The notes beneath the pieces were generated by a model. The model saw nothing but the letters and a program-made list of their open reading frames with translations, was not told the origin of the DNA and searched no databases. A DNA stretch of 64,000 nucleotides from the NCBI GenBank assembly GCA_041640595.1, contig JBEPZY010000001.1:704001-768000 (forward strand), written 5' to 3'. Position 1 is the stretch's first letter; every line of letters starts with the position of its first letter. Position numbers and translations under genes: made by a program. This document shows, in pieces, positions 20,686-30,213 of this stretch. This DNA is from Gemmatales bacterium. Its GTDB lineage: Bacteria; Planctomycetota; Planctomycetia; Gemmatales; HRBIN36.

Positions 20686-21570
20686 ATGAAACGAATGATC
20701 GGCGTCGCTTGTGGAACAGTCGCCTGGTATAGCCTGGCCGTGGGTCAGTTCCTTACTCCGATTTGCAGCGGCAGTACCTGAGGTCCCGCACCAGGTCCTG
20801 CCGGCCGGGTGCCGGCTTCGGTCGTCCCTCCTGCTCCCGCCTATGGCAACCAGCAAGCGAATCCGGTACAAAGGCCGCGAGTTCTGCCGGCTTCCCAGGA
20901 TGCAGCCATGCCGTCAGCAATTCGCCGGCCCGTCGCCCATCCCAGCCCGTATTTGCCTCCCATGCCCGAAATGATGAACAATCCGCTCCGCTCCACGGTC
21001 GTGCAAACCGATCCTAACCGGGTTCATCCGGGTTCCAGCACCAGGAATGGCGTTCCGCCTTCTCCAGCGTCAACGCCAACGGCCGACAACGGTGTACGCT
21101 CGCATCCTCAACCGGTCGTTCGCGGCCGTCTTGACGAAGAGGCCTCGCCGCCACCTTCTGCAATTACCTTACCGCCGCCGGAAGTCCTTGGACTGCTTCC
21201 GCCCAGTTCCACTGTCGGCAACACGAACGACAGGAAGGGCAATTCACGTGTCCCTGATGCGAAACCGGATCAACTTTCTCGGGGAAATCCTGCTGCACGT
21301 TCCGCGTCAGAAAACGGCAACAAGGAAACGGGAATGAATCCTTCGCCCGACTTGCAATCGTTCGGATTGCGGCAGCGGTGTGAAAGGTTAGGAATCACGA
21401 GCTACCGATTGGAAAAAACGGAAGACGGACAATGGCGGTTTCTGTGTGTCCTGGCAGCTAGTTCCGGCCAGGCTCAACGCGAACTTGAAGCGGTTGCCGA
21501 TTCGCAAAGCGAGGCAGTTTCAGCTTTGCTCGAGCATCTTGAACGCACTACCACTACCGCAAACCGCTAA
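20686..21570 (+). CDS. Secreted Pro-rich protein, candidate selenoprotein (TGA at 20779-20781; CSGSTU)
   Basis: SD AAAGGGA and ATG 20686 give a signal peptide MKRMIGVACGTVAWYSLAVG-QFLTPICSGST, then TGA, in frame with the 253-aa ORF at 20809. GC-rich hairpin follows the TGA. Confidence 0.6.
20788..20816 (+). promoter_or_regulatory. Candidate SECIS hairpin
   Basis: GCCGGC-CGGGT-GCCGGC (20800-20816; loop 24 nt after UGA, G in loop position 2). Alternative fold pairs GCACC/GGTGC. Confidence 0.4.
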
Positions 21571-21612
21571 TTGTGCGGGGGACGTAACACACTTCTTTTG
21601 TTTCAGCGCCGC

Positions 21613-22665
21613 TCAACACACGACCAGGCGGAAACTATCCGTCGCCGGCAACGCCTCGCCAACACGCGCGGCCAGGCAACCGCCTTCGCGCAACCGCGTT
21701 TCCAGTTCCGAAAGATTCTCCTCTGCTACCGCGATGAGTAACCCGCCTGAAGTTTGAGCGTCGTAAAAGATTTCCATGCGAATTCTGTCGGGCCGACCTT
21801 CGATACGCAGGCCGGGCTCAACGAACGCGCGATTCGTCCTGCTGGCGCGGGTGAAAAACTTCCGCTCGACCAGTTCCTCAACGCCAGGAAGTAAGGGTAA
21901 CCGCTCCAGATAAATGCGAAAAGTGCAGCCACTTGCCTCGGCCATTTCGTAAGCATGTCCGGCCAGGCCGAATCCCGTAATATCGGTCATCGCATGAGCC
22001 CGTGCCGCTTTGGCCGCTTCTGCCGCTTCGCGATTCAGTTGAATCATGCTGGAAATAGCTGCTTGCAACGTGGCTTCTGGACATTTGCCAGCTCGATGAG
22101 CCGTGGTAACGAACCCGGTGCCTAGCGGCTTTGTCAGTACCAGCACATCTCCAGGTCGGGCACCCGCATTGGTGATCACCTGAGAAGGATGAACGACGCC
22201 CAGAACTGATAATCCATACTTAATCTCGCGATCTCGAACCGTATGTCCGCCGATAACAACGCAGCCAGCTTCCCGGCATCGCTCAGCGCCGCCTTGCAGA
22301 ATCCTGGCAAGAATCTCCAGCGGTAACTCATCGTCCGGAAATCCCACCAGGTTCAGCGCGGTCTTCGGTGTTCCCCCCATGGCGTACACATCGCTCAGGG
22401 CATTCGCGGCGGCGATCTGCCCGTACACATAGGGGTCGTCCACAACCGGCGGGAAAAAGTCCAGCGTCTGCACCACTGCCAGATCATCACTGAGACGATA
22501 TACCCCTGCGTCGTCGGCTGTCGCGGTGCCCACGAGAACGTTGGAATCTTTGATTGTCGGCAACTCACGCAGCACCTGCGCGAGGCCCGATGCGGGCAGC
22601 TTGCCTGCTCAACCTGCGCAAGTTGCGTAATCCGTCAGCCGTTTTCTGCGACCAAAGTTCCACAT
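21613..22665 (-). CDS. selD: Selenide, water dikinase (selenophosphate synthetase), Sec-containing (TGA at 22611-22609)
   Basis: MWNFGRRKRLTDYATCAG-U-AGKLPASGLAQVL in frame with DDAGVY, QTLDFFPP, ANALSDVYAMGG, TDITGFGL, DAQTSGGLL. Confidence 0.95.
22585..22597 (-). promoter_or_regulatory. Candidate SECIS of selD
   Basis: GCCC-GCAUC-GGGC hairpin starting 11 nt after the UGA; loop begins with G. Confidence 0.55.
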
Positions 22666-22722
22666 TGGGACTTGCCCATCATGGGTCGGGTTGAATTGTA
22701 CCCTGAATTGTACCCGGTTACG

Positions 22723-22759
22723 AAAAAGGCCCACGAGCAGTTATTGTGCTCGCGGGCCT
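22723..22759 (-). terminator. Intrinsic terminator between the Rdx gene and selD
   Basis: Minus strand AGGCCCGCGAGCA-caataac-TGCTCGTGGGCCT followed by TTTT. Confidence 0.7.
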
Positions 22760-22821
22760 CCAGAGCTTTGTTTCGGTCAGTAGAACCTAACGGCTGTTGA
22801 CCGAGCTGGACTCCGGCATTG

Positions 22822-23061
22822 TTACAGGCCGGCACGCTTTTTCAGTTGCTCCACCACCCAGTTTTCGTCCGGGAATTGGCCAGTCTTGAGTTTCGAATAC
22901 AGGGTCTCGCCGTTTACCTGAATTTCAAAGCAACCTCCAGTTCCCGGCACCAGGGTGAACTCGCTGATTTTGTTTTTCAGGGCGGTGAGCACCTGGCTCG
23001 TCAAACTGACGGCCCGCGGCTCGTAGTTTCACTGGTAGCAGTATTCCAGTCGGATTTTCAT
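22822..23061 (-). CDS. SelW/SelT/SelH (Rdx) family selenoprotein (TGA at 23031-23029; CxxU)
   Basis: SD GGAGGTG, then MKIRLEYCYQ-U-NYEPRAVSL...GTGGCFEIQVNGETLYSKLKTGQFPD. Confidence 0.92.
23004..23028 (-). promoter_or_regulatory. Candidate SECIS of the Rdx gene
   Basis: AACU-ACG-a-GCC-GCG-GGC-CGU-c-AGUU hairpin directly after the UGA. Confidence 0.55.
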
Positions 23062-23269
23062 AGCATCACCTCCTTTGAGCCTTGCATGTCTCCGCGGACG
23101 AAAGACCGGTTTCTTTCGTCCGTCGGGTGATTTTATTCGCCTTACCGGACTCCTTCAATCCCGCGCTGCCGGCGTTTCCGATGTCACATTCCGCTCCCCA
23201 CATCCGTATATGTTAGCAGGGGCCTACGACCGACGCGCTCCAGCGTTCGTCTAACTCGCAGGAGGTACC

Positions 23270-24148
23270 ATGAGCAAGAAGGCGTGGATACTCCTCTTCT
23301 GTGGCATTCTGCTGGGACTGGTTGGGTTTCGGCTGGCCCGGGACCAGTACCGTGCCTGGCAAACGAGCCGATTGGCTGGTCCCCATTTGGAACGCTGTCA
23401 GCAAGAATGCCAGGACGCTGTCGATCGGCGAATCCAGGAACTACGGCAGTATTTCGCTGATCGCCGCCAGCGCTGTCGCCCGTTCGCCGAGGAAGCGCTC
23501 AGCTTCACGAGCAAGGTCAAATTACTTTTTTACGGCGACAGCCATATTCGAGAAGCTTTCGAGAAACATCTGTTCTCCGCAGAGAGTTTGCAAAAAGAAA
23601 TCGAGCGCACCATCACATTGTGCTTGCAGGACATAAACAACGCTGAGAACAAGATGCTGGTCGCCTTGCAAGCTGATTTAGCCACCCACGCTCCGTCCTT
23701 AGCCGGACTTAGTAACGAAGAGCTTCGCCGCCGCTATGACGAACTTATAGCCCGGATAGCCACCGACCCCAGCATGAGCTTAAAGGAGGATGTTATCCGC
23801 GAAGTTTCTCTTACGGTTGCATCGGAGATTCTCGTTGCGGTGCTGCGGCAGCTAGCTGTCCGCGCGGGAATACTCGGTACCGGGGCAGCCAGCGGTTGGG
23901 CTTCTTTCGGTGTAGGCTTGATTATCGCCATTGTGTTAGACCAAATATGGGATTGGTACTTTGACCCAGTGGGTCAGTTAGCCACTAAGCTGGATAACCA
24001 ATTGCGAGACCTGGAGATGTGGATTATTCAGGGATCAAACGAGCAGCCGGGGCTCTATGCTCGACTAACCAAGGTCGCCAGTGATCGCGCCAAATGGCGA
24101 GAGGAAGCAGTGATTACTATGCTTCGCCAATCACAGGGGAGCAACTAA
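23270..24148 (+). CDS. Hypothetical membrane-anchored coiled-coil protein
   Basis: SD GGAGG; N-terminal TM segment, helical body, Gly-rich hydrophobic segment GILGTGAASGWASFGVGLIIAIV. Confidence 0.75.
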   Translation: MSKKAWILLFCGILLGLVGFRLARDQYRAWQTSRLAGPHLERCQQECQDAVDRRIQELRQYFADRRQRCRPFAEEALSFTSKVKLLFYGDSHIREAFEKHLFSAESLQKEIERTITLCLQDINNAENKMLVALQADLATHAPSLAGLSNEELRRRYDELIARIATDPSMSLKEDVIREVSLTVASEILVAVLRQLAVRAGILGTGAASGWASFGVGLIIAIVLDQIWDWYFDPVGQLATKLDNQLRDLEMWIIQGSNEQPGLYARLTKVASDRAKWREEAVITMLRQSQGSN

Positions 24149-24149
24149 T

Positions 24150-25022
24150 ATGTTCGGCCAGTATCTAATCACATTTGCGACCGTGAGCACATTGCTGATA
24201 TTCAGCTTGATATCAGTACCGAGCAGCTACGCCCAGGCTAAGGGAAAGGCCGCTCGTGAAGTAGCGGAGTACCTCATTAGAAAGTTCGGCAAAGAAGCTG
24301 CCGAAGAAACTGTAGAATCGTTGACTCGTCGTCTGGAACGTTTAGTGCTTCGGCATGGTGATGAAGTCCTCGAAGCCGTCGAGAAAGGCGGTTTCAGGGC
24401 GCTGTTTGCGCTGGAGAAAACGGCAGAACGATCGCCGCAATTGGTTAAGCTGCTGATTCGTTATGGCGATGAAGCAGTTTGGATTGTTGAGCGACCAAGA
24501 AGCACAGCCATCTTCCTCAAACACGGGGACGACGCTGCCCGTGCCTTGATCAAGCATGGCGAGATAGCCGAACCGGTCATCGAACAATTAGGCCAGCCCG
24601 CCGCTAAAACGTTAGCTAACCTGTCCAATCAGCAGGCACGTCGATTAGCTATCATGGCCAATAATGGCGACTTAGCGAAAATCGGCCGTACCACCGAACT
24701 ATTGGAGGTCGTAACTAAGCATCCTGATCCAACCTGGGCCGACACTGTGATGGACTTTATCTGGCGGCATAAGGGAGCTCTAGCGGTATCAGCTGCCCTG
24801 ACGGCATTCCTAGCCGATCCCGAACCATTTATCAATGGCGTCAAGGATATTACCAAAATTGCGGCGGAAAATACCGTTGGAAAAGTGGCCGAAGAAGCCG
24901 CCCGACAAATCAATTGGACGCTCATTATTCTGGCACTTATAACATTGGGCGCTGCGTTGATCGTTATCAGACTCTATTTGAACCATCGAAGACGAGGTTC
25001 TTCACCTCAACAAGTTGCGTAG
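24150..25022 (+). CDS. Hypothetical exported protein with C-terminal TM anchor
   Basis: Signal peptide, repeated (R/K)(H/Y)G(D/E) helical units, C-terminal TM segment with basic tail; starts 1 nt after the previous stop. Confidence 0.75.
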   Translation: MFGQYLITFATVSTLLIFSLISVPSSYAQAKGKAAREVAEYLIRKFGKEAAEETVESLTRRLERLVLRHGDEVLEAVEKGGFRALFALEKTAERSPQLVKLLIRYGDEAVWIVERPRSTAIFLKHGDDAARALIKHGEIAEPVIEQLGQPAAKTLANLSNQQARRLAIMANNGDLAKIGRTTELLEVVTKHPDPTWADTVMDFIWRHKGALAVSAALTAFLADPEPFINGVKDITKIAAENTVGKVAEEAARQINWTLIILALITLGAALIVIRLYLNHRRRGSSPQQVA

Positions 25023-25104
25023 TTCCTTGGGCTACCCAATTGGTACTTACAGCAGTTATAGAACACGCGGTACCTTGGTAGCGATGGGCGGTTGGCGTGC
25101 AGGA

Positions 25105-25578
25105 CTAACAGTTATCGGAAAGGTTTCTGCCAAAGAGTTCGCGGCTATCCAGAAGAATAGTAACCGGGCCAGAGTTAATCAGTTCCACCTCCATTTCCGC
25201 GGCGAAAACGCCGGTCTCCACATGCACACCGAGCGATCGCACAGCGGCAATAAACCGGTCATATAGCTGTCGGGCCTGGTCGGGCGGAGCAGCATTTACG
25301 AAACTCGGTCGTCTGCCTTTGCGACAGTCAGCCAACAATGTGAACTGGCTGACCACTAACATAGAGCCGCCAACCTGAAGGATATCTAAATTCATCTTGC
25401 CCTGCTGGTCGTCGTGAATGCGCAGGGCCACTATTTTCTCGGCCAAACGTTCAGCATCTTCGTGGGTGTCTTCCTTAGCCACGCCTAGAAACACGAGCAG
25501 CCCCCTTTCAATCTGGCCCACTACCCGTCCCTGGACACGCACGGCTGCCCGGCTAACACGTTGAATCACCGCCCGCAT
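25105..25578 (-). CDS. dtd: D-aminoacyl-tRNA deacylase
   Basis: [27 protein letters not shown]. Confidence 0.95.
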   Translation of the reverse strand: MRAVIQRVSRAAVRVQGRVVGQIERGLLVFLGVAKEDTHEDAERLAEKIVALRIHDDQQGKMNLDILQVGGSMLVVSQFTLLADCRKGRRPSFVNAAPPDQARQLYDRFIAAVRSLGVHVETGVFAAEMEVELINSGPVTILLDSRELFGRNLSDNC

Positions 25579-25630
25579 CGCTGGTCCCTCACTGCACTCG
25601 GCAAATATTATATGGGCCAGAATCGGCTCC

Positions 25631-27226
25631 TTATGAACTGCCAGCATAAACGCGATAATCCAGATTGGGGAAGATATTATGACGTGCTTCCAGTTTCGCT
25701 AGCCAGGGCTCATCCACAGCATTCTTATTGACCTGGTCGTACAGGGCGTTGAAGTTGAGGATATGCACGCGGGTACGCTCTCGGGCATATTCGACCATAG
25801 TGCCGGTTTTCATAATGAAGGCCCAGTCGCTCGATTGGGCCAGGAGTAATTCCCGTGCCATCTGATTGAGAGCGCGCTCTAATATTCCCGTCGCTTTCGG
25901 AAATCGCCTGGCCGCTTCCACCATACGGTCTGCCATCATGTGCAGGTGAGGATAAATCCAGTCGTTGGAGCCCTCTAACCACACCTCGCAATAACCTTTC
26001 CAACCCCAGCTTGAAAATGCAGGCTGACAAATCTGCAGGCGGGGCTGCAATTCTAAATACTGGGGAACTGTGATGGTCTTGATAGTTTGCTGATCATAAC
26101 ACATCTTGCGGAGTAAGAAATTGAGCCATTCGGGTCCCTCGAACCACCAGTGCCCGAACAGTTCCGCGTCGTAAGGTGCGACCACCAAAGGTGGACGACC
26201 TCCCATAATGCTATGCAACCATTCAACTTGCTTTTCGCGGTTGAACATAAAGTTACCCGCATGTTCAGCCGCCTTTTCTAAGGCCGCCTCACGAACATAG
26301 GGGAGCTTATGATCCGTGGGCCCGGTGATTTTATAGTACTTGATTCCCAGATTGTGTCGGATGCCAATACTATGCAGGTGCGGACGGATATAGTCGTAAT
26401 CTAAGTCAAAGCCGACGTCGCGATAAAACTCGCGATAATTATAGTCCCCTGGATAGCCTTCGATGGCACTCCAGACTTGTTTAGAAGATTCGGTATCCCG
26501 CCCCAAAGCGGCGACATTAGTACCTGGGCAAAGAATGGGGGCATAGACGCCATAGCGTGGTCGCGGATCGGCAAAGAGCACCCCATGCGTGTCCAGGAAG
26601 AAATATCGGAGGCCGGACTGCTCCAGGTAGCGTTCGATACCAGGTGCATACCCGCATTCGGGCAGCCATATTCCACGGGGTCGGCGTCCGAAGTGGCGCT
26701 CAAACTCGCGGCAACCGATTTCAATCTGGGCCCGGACAGCGTCCCAGTTGATGGTCATCAACGGCAGGAAGCCGTGTGTGGCAGCACAGGTAATCAATTC
26801 CAGTTTGCCGGTCTCGAAAAATCGGCGGAAACCTTGCAAAAGGTTGTTCCCGTATTTGCTGGTGAAGACCTGGCGGCAATGCTCGAACCGCTCCAGATAC
26901 ATGCGAGCCAGGCAATGAAATTCAGGCTGCCAGCGTGTGCGGTCGAGTTCCTTGCGAGCCAGGGCAATGAGGTTGTCCAGATGACGCAGGTAACGGTACT
27001 GCAGGAGCGGATCGGTGAGCATGGCGGCCAGCGTCGGGGAAATGGACATGGTGAGCCGCCATTCCACGCCATCTCGCTCCAGACCTTCCATCATGTCCAG
27101 AAGTGGGATATAAGTCTCCGTGATGGCCTCGTAGAGCCAATCTTCTTCCAGACAATCTTCGTACTCGGGATGCCGCACGAAGGGCAAATGGGCGTGCAGC
27201 ACCAGGCACAGATAACCTAAGGGCAT
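25631..27226 (-). CDS. GH57 family 1,4-alpha-glucan branching enzyme (DUF1957)
   Basis: [43 protein letters not shown]. Confidence 0.92.
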   Translation of the reverse strand: MPLGYLCLVLHAHLPFVRHPEYEDCLEEDWLYEAITETYIPLLDMMEGLERDGVEWRLTMSISPTLAAMLTDPLLQYRYLRHLDNLIALARKELDRTRWQPEFHCLARMYLERFEHCRQVFTSKYGNNLLQGFRRFFETGKLELITCAATHGFLPLMTINWDAVRAQIEIGCREFERHFGRRPRGIWLPECGYAPGIERYLEQSGLRYFFLDTHGVLFADPRPRYGVYAPILCPGTNVAALGRDTESSKQVWSAIEGYPGDYNYREFYRDVGFDLDYDYIRPHLHSIGIRHNLGIKYYKITGPTDHKLPYVREAALEKAAEHAGNFMFNREKQVEWLHSIMGGRPPLVVAPYDAELFGHWWFEGPEWLNFLLRKMCYDQQTIKTITVPQYLELQPRLQICQPAFSSWGWKGYCEVWLEGSNDWIYPHLHMMADRMVEAARRFPKATGILERALNQMARELLLAQSSDWAFIMKTGTMVEYARERTRVHILNFNALYDQVNKNAVDEPWLAKLEARHNIFPNLDYRVYAGSS

Positions 27227-27349
27227 GACTAAATGTCTCCTCGTCGTCGCAGGATAAGCCCCATGCCAGCACTGAGGCACGGTTCCAGTGTAGCAGAATC
27301 GCAAAGTTTCGGCGAGTTTTCGTTTCCCAGACTGTACAGGGTTTATCTG

Positions 27350-27829
27350 ATGATATGCATTGCCGTGCTAGCCAGCAGCTTTGCCTGGTGTATGCTGGCC
27401 GCACAGGAAAAAGACCAGCGGCAAAAGCGTGAGCTGGAGCGGTGGCAAGGCACGTGGAGGGCAGTTGCAGGAGAACGAGATGGGCAATTGCGTCCCAAGG
27501 CGTTTCTGGAAGCGCTTCGGATAGTTGTAGAGAATGATGTCATGACAATCCAGGCCGGCAAGCGCAGCCAGAAGTTACGCTTGGTGCTCGACCCCACTGT
27601 CCGACCCAAGGCCGTGGACCTGATACATCTCGATGGCAAAGAGCAGGGCGAGGTCTGGCTCGGCATTTACCAACTGGAACCGCAGCGCCTCAAGTTATGT
27701 GTAAGCCCGCCTGGGACACCGCGGCCCGATGATTTCGTGACCCGTCCCGGCTCTGGTCGGGAGTTGCTGATCCTGGAACGCACAGATTCCCGCGAGAAAT
27801 CGCAGCCCACGCCAGGTCCCGGCAAGTGA
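27350..27829 (+). CDS. TIGR03067 domain planctomycete protein
   Basis: Signal peptide; WQGTW...LDPTVRPKAVDL...GIYQLE...RPDDF. Confidence 0.8.
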   Translation: MICIAVLASSFAWCMLAAQEKDQRQKRELERWQGTWRAVAGERDGQLRPKAFLEALRIVVENDVMTIQAGKRSQKLRLVLDPTVRPKAVDLIHLDGKEQGEVWLGIYQLEPQRLKLCVSPPGTPRPDDFVTRPGSGRELLILERTDSREKSQPTPGPGK

Positions 27830-27906
27830 ACGCTTAGGAGACCTCGCCTGGAACGCCCGTGCTGTCCTTGAGCATGATGGCGCGAATATCTGTCGGCTGG
27901 CCTTGC

Positions 27907-28515
27907 TCAGACTCCGTGGCAGGGAGCGGGCTCTAAGGCCAAATGCCTGCCCTGTACGCGAATTTGCCAGTATGCAGGTAAGTCCAGTTCGCCGACGTGG
28001 CACCGGCCAGAGTATTCCACGCCCACCGAGCAACGCAGCAACCAGCCATCTTCCCTTGGGTAAAGCCAGAGCTCTGGTAAGCCAGGGACGCATACGTGAG
28101 AAGTTGGCGTTGCACCAATTCGCAAGGCCTGGCTTACAAGAATGGCAGCGTGCCAGTGCAAAACTGGTCGCGCTGGTGGCGACCAGGTCAACCGGGCCGT
28201 CAATAGTCGGCGATCCGGTATGGCTAAATGAAGCTGGCATGCCTCTCGCCCTGAGTCGGCGAGCAAAGTGAGTGTAGTGTCTGGCCACCAGATTCCTTGA
28301 GCAGCTTCATGGTTTTGATAACGGCAGCGTCCTTCCGCCTGCCAGATGTAACCCTCGCATTCGCGCTCGATCCAGACGTGTATTGGCCGCAACGGAGCCA
28401 GTAAGGCCAGGTCTGACCGCGTTGGTTGGTGCAACCCGCCCACGCTCAATCGTCGTTGGGAGTAAAGCAACGTTCCCCCAAATTCGTCAATCCAGAGCAC
28501 CGCTGATGTTGCCAT
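27907..28515 (-). CDS. Hypothetical (FHA-like beta-sandwich) protein
   Basis: LWIDEFGG start and DLALLAPLRPIH segment; ends near LEP. Confidence 0.5.
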   Translation of the reverse strand: MATSAVLWIDEFGGTLLYSQRRLSVGGLHQPTRSDLALLAPLRPIHVWIERECEGYIWQAEGRCRYQNHEAAQGIWWPDTTLTLLADSGREACQLHLAIPDRRLLTARLTWSPPARPVLHWHAAILVSQALRIGATPTSHVCVPGLPELWLYPREDGWLLRCSVGVEYSGRCHVGELDLPAYWQIRVQGRHLALEPAPCHGV

Positions 28516-28792
28516 CGTTGCTGTTAACGTCTGTCCTACGCCCTGAGTGCTCAATGGGCAAGCGGCAGTGCGCACGGCTGGGCTGTCAATCTGGGAAAAA
28601 GATAGTGAAGGTATGCAAAATGGGAACAAAGCCACCAACCATGTCGCCTGGTTTGCCTACGATCCAAAATTCTTCCCGCCGATGCATCTTGGGGACATAT
28701 CGCAGCCTGACTGGTCCGCAACCAAAATCGAACGTGCAAAGGGTTAGCCAGAAGAACCAGAATTTGTGGTCGTGGCTAGGAAGGAGAAAATC

Positions 28793-29986
28793 ATGCGGGG
28801 GAAGCGGCAACGGCTGCTGATAGCGATCGTGCTTAGCCTCGTGGCGAGCCAGGCACAGGCGAAATGGTGGGTCTGGCCCTTCGGACGCAAGGCTACTCCT
28901 GACACGCAGGAAGCCGCTCAGCTGGCTGAAGATGCCGGGATGTATCAGCCGACTCTGCCGGGTTGCAGTAGCGGTTGGTGCAAGCATGGTTTGTCTCGCG
29001 ATTGTACCGAAAGCGGTTGCAGCGATGATTTTGGCTGGTACGCGGTAGGCGATTTCATTTATCTGCGGCGCGAACGACCAAGCGAAACTTTCCTCGGTCG
29101 TGAGGTTGACCTGACAACGCTCCCGGTGCGACAACTCCGCGACCTGACGACGGACAGCGACCGGTTCAATTACGAACCTGGGTTCCATGTCTTGATCGGT
29201 CTGCCGATCAAACCGGAATGGTCGGTAGAAGCGAGTTTCTTCGGCATTTTTGACTGGTCGCAAGAAGCCACGCTTGTCAACCGCAACCCGCCATTTTTTG
29301 GTATTGATTCGCCATACCTGACGATCAACGGTGGCGCAGTGGATGCTATCCGGTACAACTATGAGACCGAACTGCGTAATTTCGAAGCGAACTTTCGCAA
29401 TTTTCGCCCATTCGGGCCGTTTTGCACTTTCTCCTGGTTTTTCGGAGCCCGGTACATTTGGATCAGCGACGAAATCATGCTCACCGGTTCGGAAAACCTG
29501 TTCTTATCGGCTGAACGAACGCACGCCGACGTAGATAACCACCTCATCGGAGGCCACGTGGGTGCCAGCCTGGCCGTTTCGCCCTTCCATTGCCTGAGCA
29601 TGGGGTTATACTCGAAGGTCGGCGTTTATGGGAACATCATTCGCAGCCGTGTCAACAACTTCCTGCGCGACCCTGCATCCTTCCCCGCCGAAACAGAACG
29701 GTTGCTCATTGCACGCGATGACGGATCCACTGGCGTATCTCTCGAAGCCGGCGCCAAAATAGCATGGCGCCTCACCGAGAACATTTCGATTCGCGGCGGT
29801 TACAGCGTGCTCTTCCTCGACGGCCTGGCTCTGGCTCCCGACCAGTTGAACGTCAACAGGCAAGTATTTGCCACCACCGTCTTACTCGATCGCACCAGCG
29901 TTTTCGGTCGCCAGCCAGGGCGCACGGACGAAACTGGAAGCATGCTGATTCACGGCTTTTCTGTCGGTCTCGAAATTGACTGGTAG
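28793..29986 (+). CDS. Outer-membrane beta-barrel protein (BBP7-like)
   Basis: Signal peptide, Cys-rich linker, amphipathic strands, GYSVLFLDGLALAPDQ, C-terminal HGFSVGLEIDW. Confidence 0.8.
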   Translation: MRGKRQRLLIAIVLSLVASQAQAKWWVWPFGRKATPDTQEAAQLAEDAGMYQPTLPGCSSGWCKHGLSRDCTESGCSDDFGWYAVGDFIYLRRERPSETFLGREVDLTTLPVRQLRDLTTDSDRFNYEPGFHVLIGLPIKPEWSVEASFFGIFDWSQEATLVNRNPPFFGIDSPYLTINGGAVDAIRYNYETELRNFEANFRNFRPFGPFCTFSWFFGARYIWISDEIMLTGSENLFLSAERTHADVDNHLIGGHVGASLAVSPFHCLSMGLYSKVGVYGNIIRSRVNNFLRDPASFPAETERLLIARDDGSTGVSLEAGAKIAWRLTENISIRGGYSVLFLDGLALAPDQLNVNRQVFATTVLLDRTSVFGRQPGRTDETGSMLIHGFSVGLEIDW

Positions 29987-30051
29987 TCGCGGTTCTAAAG
30001 CGGCCGGTCTGCGATCGCACAGAACAACTGTACTTGCGACGGCATTAGCAA

Positions 30052-30086
30052 AAACGGGCCACCAAGGTGGTCCGTTTCGTTTTTTT
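30052..30086 (+). terminator. Intrinsic terminator
   Basis: AAACGGGCCACC-AA-GGTGGTCCGTTT followed by a T run. Confidence 0.75.
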
Positions 30087-30213
30087 GTCGCCGAAATGTC
30101 GTCTTGCATTTTTCGTTTCCGTGCGCTAAGGTGTTGCCACAACTTGAGCGACTGGCCCTTTAGCCAGGGATGGCTGAAGTTTTTACCAGGCAAGGATGCT
30201 GAAGGTGCACGAA

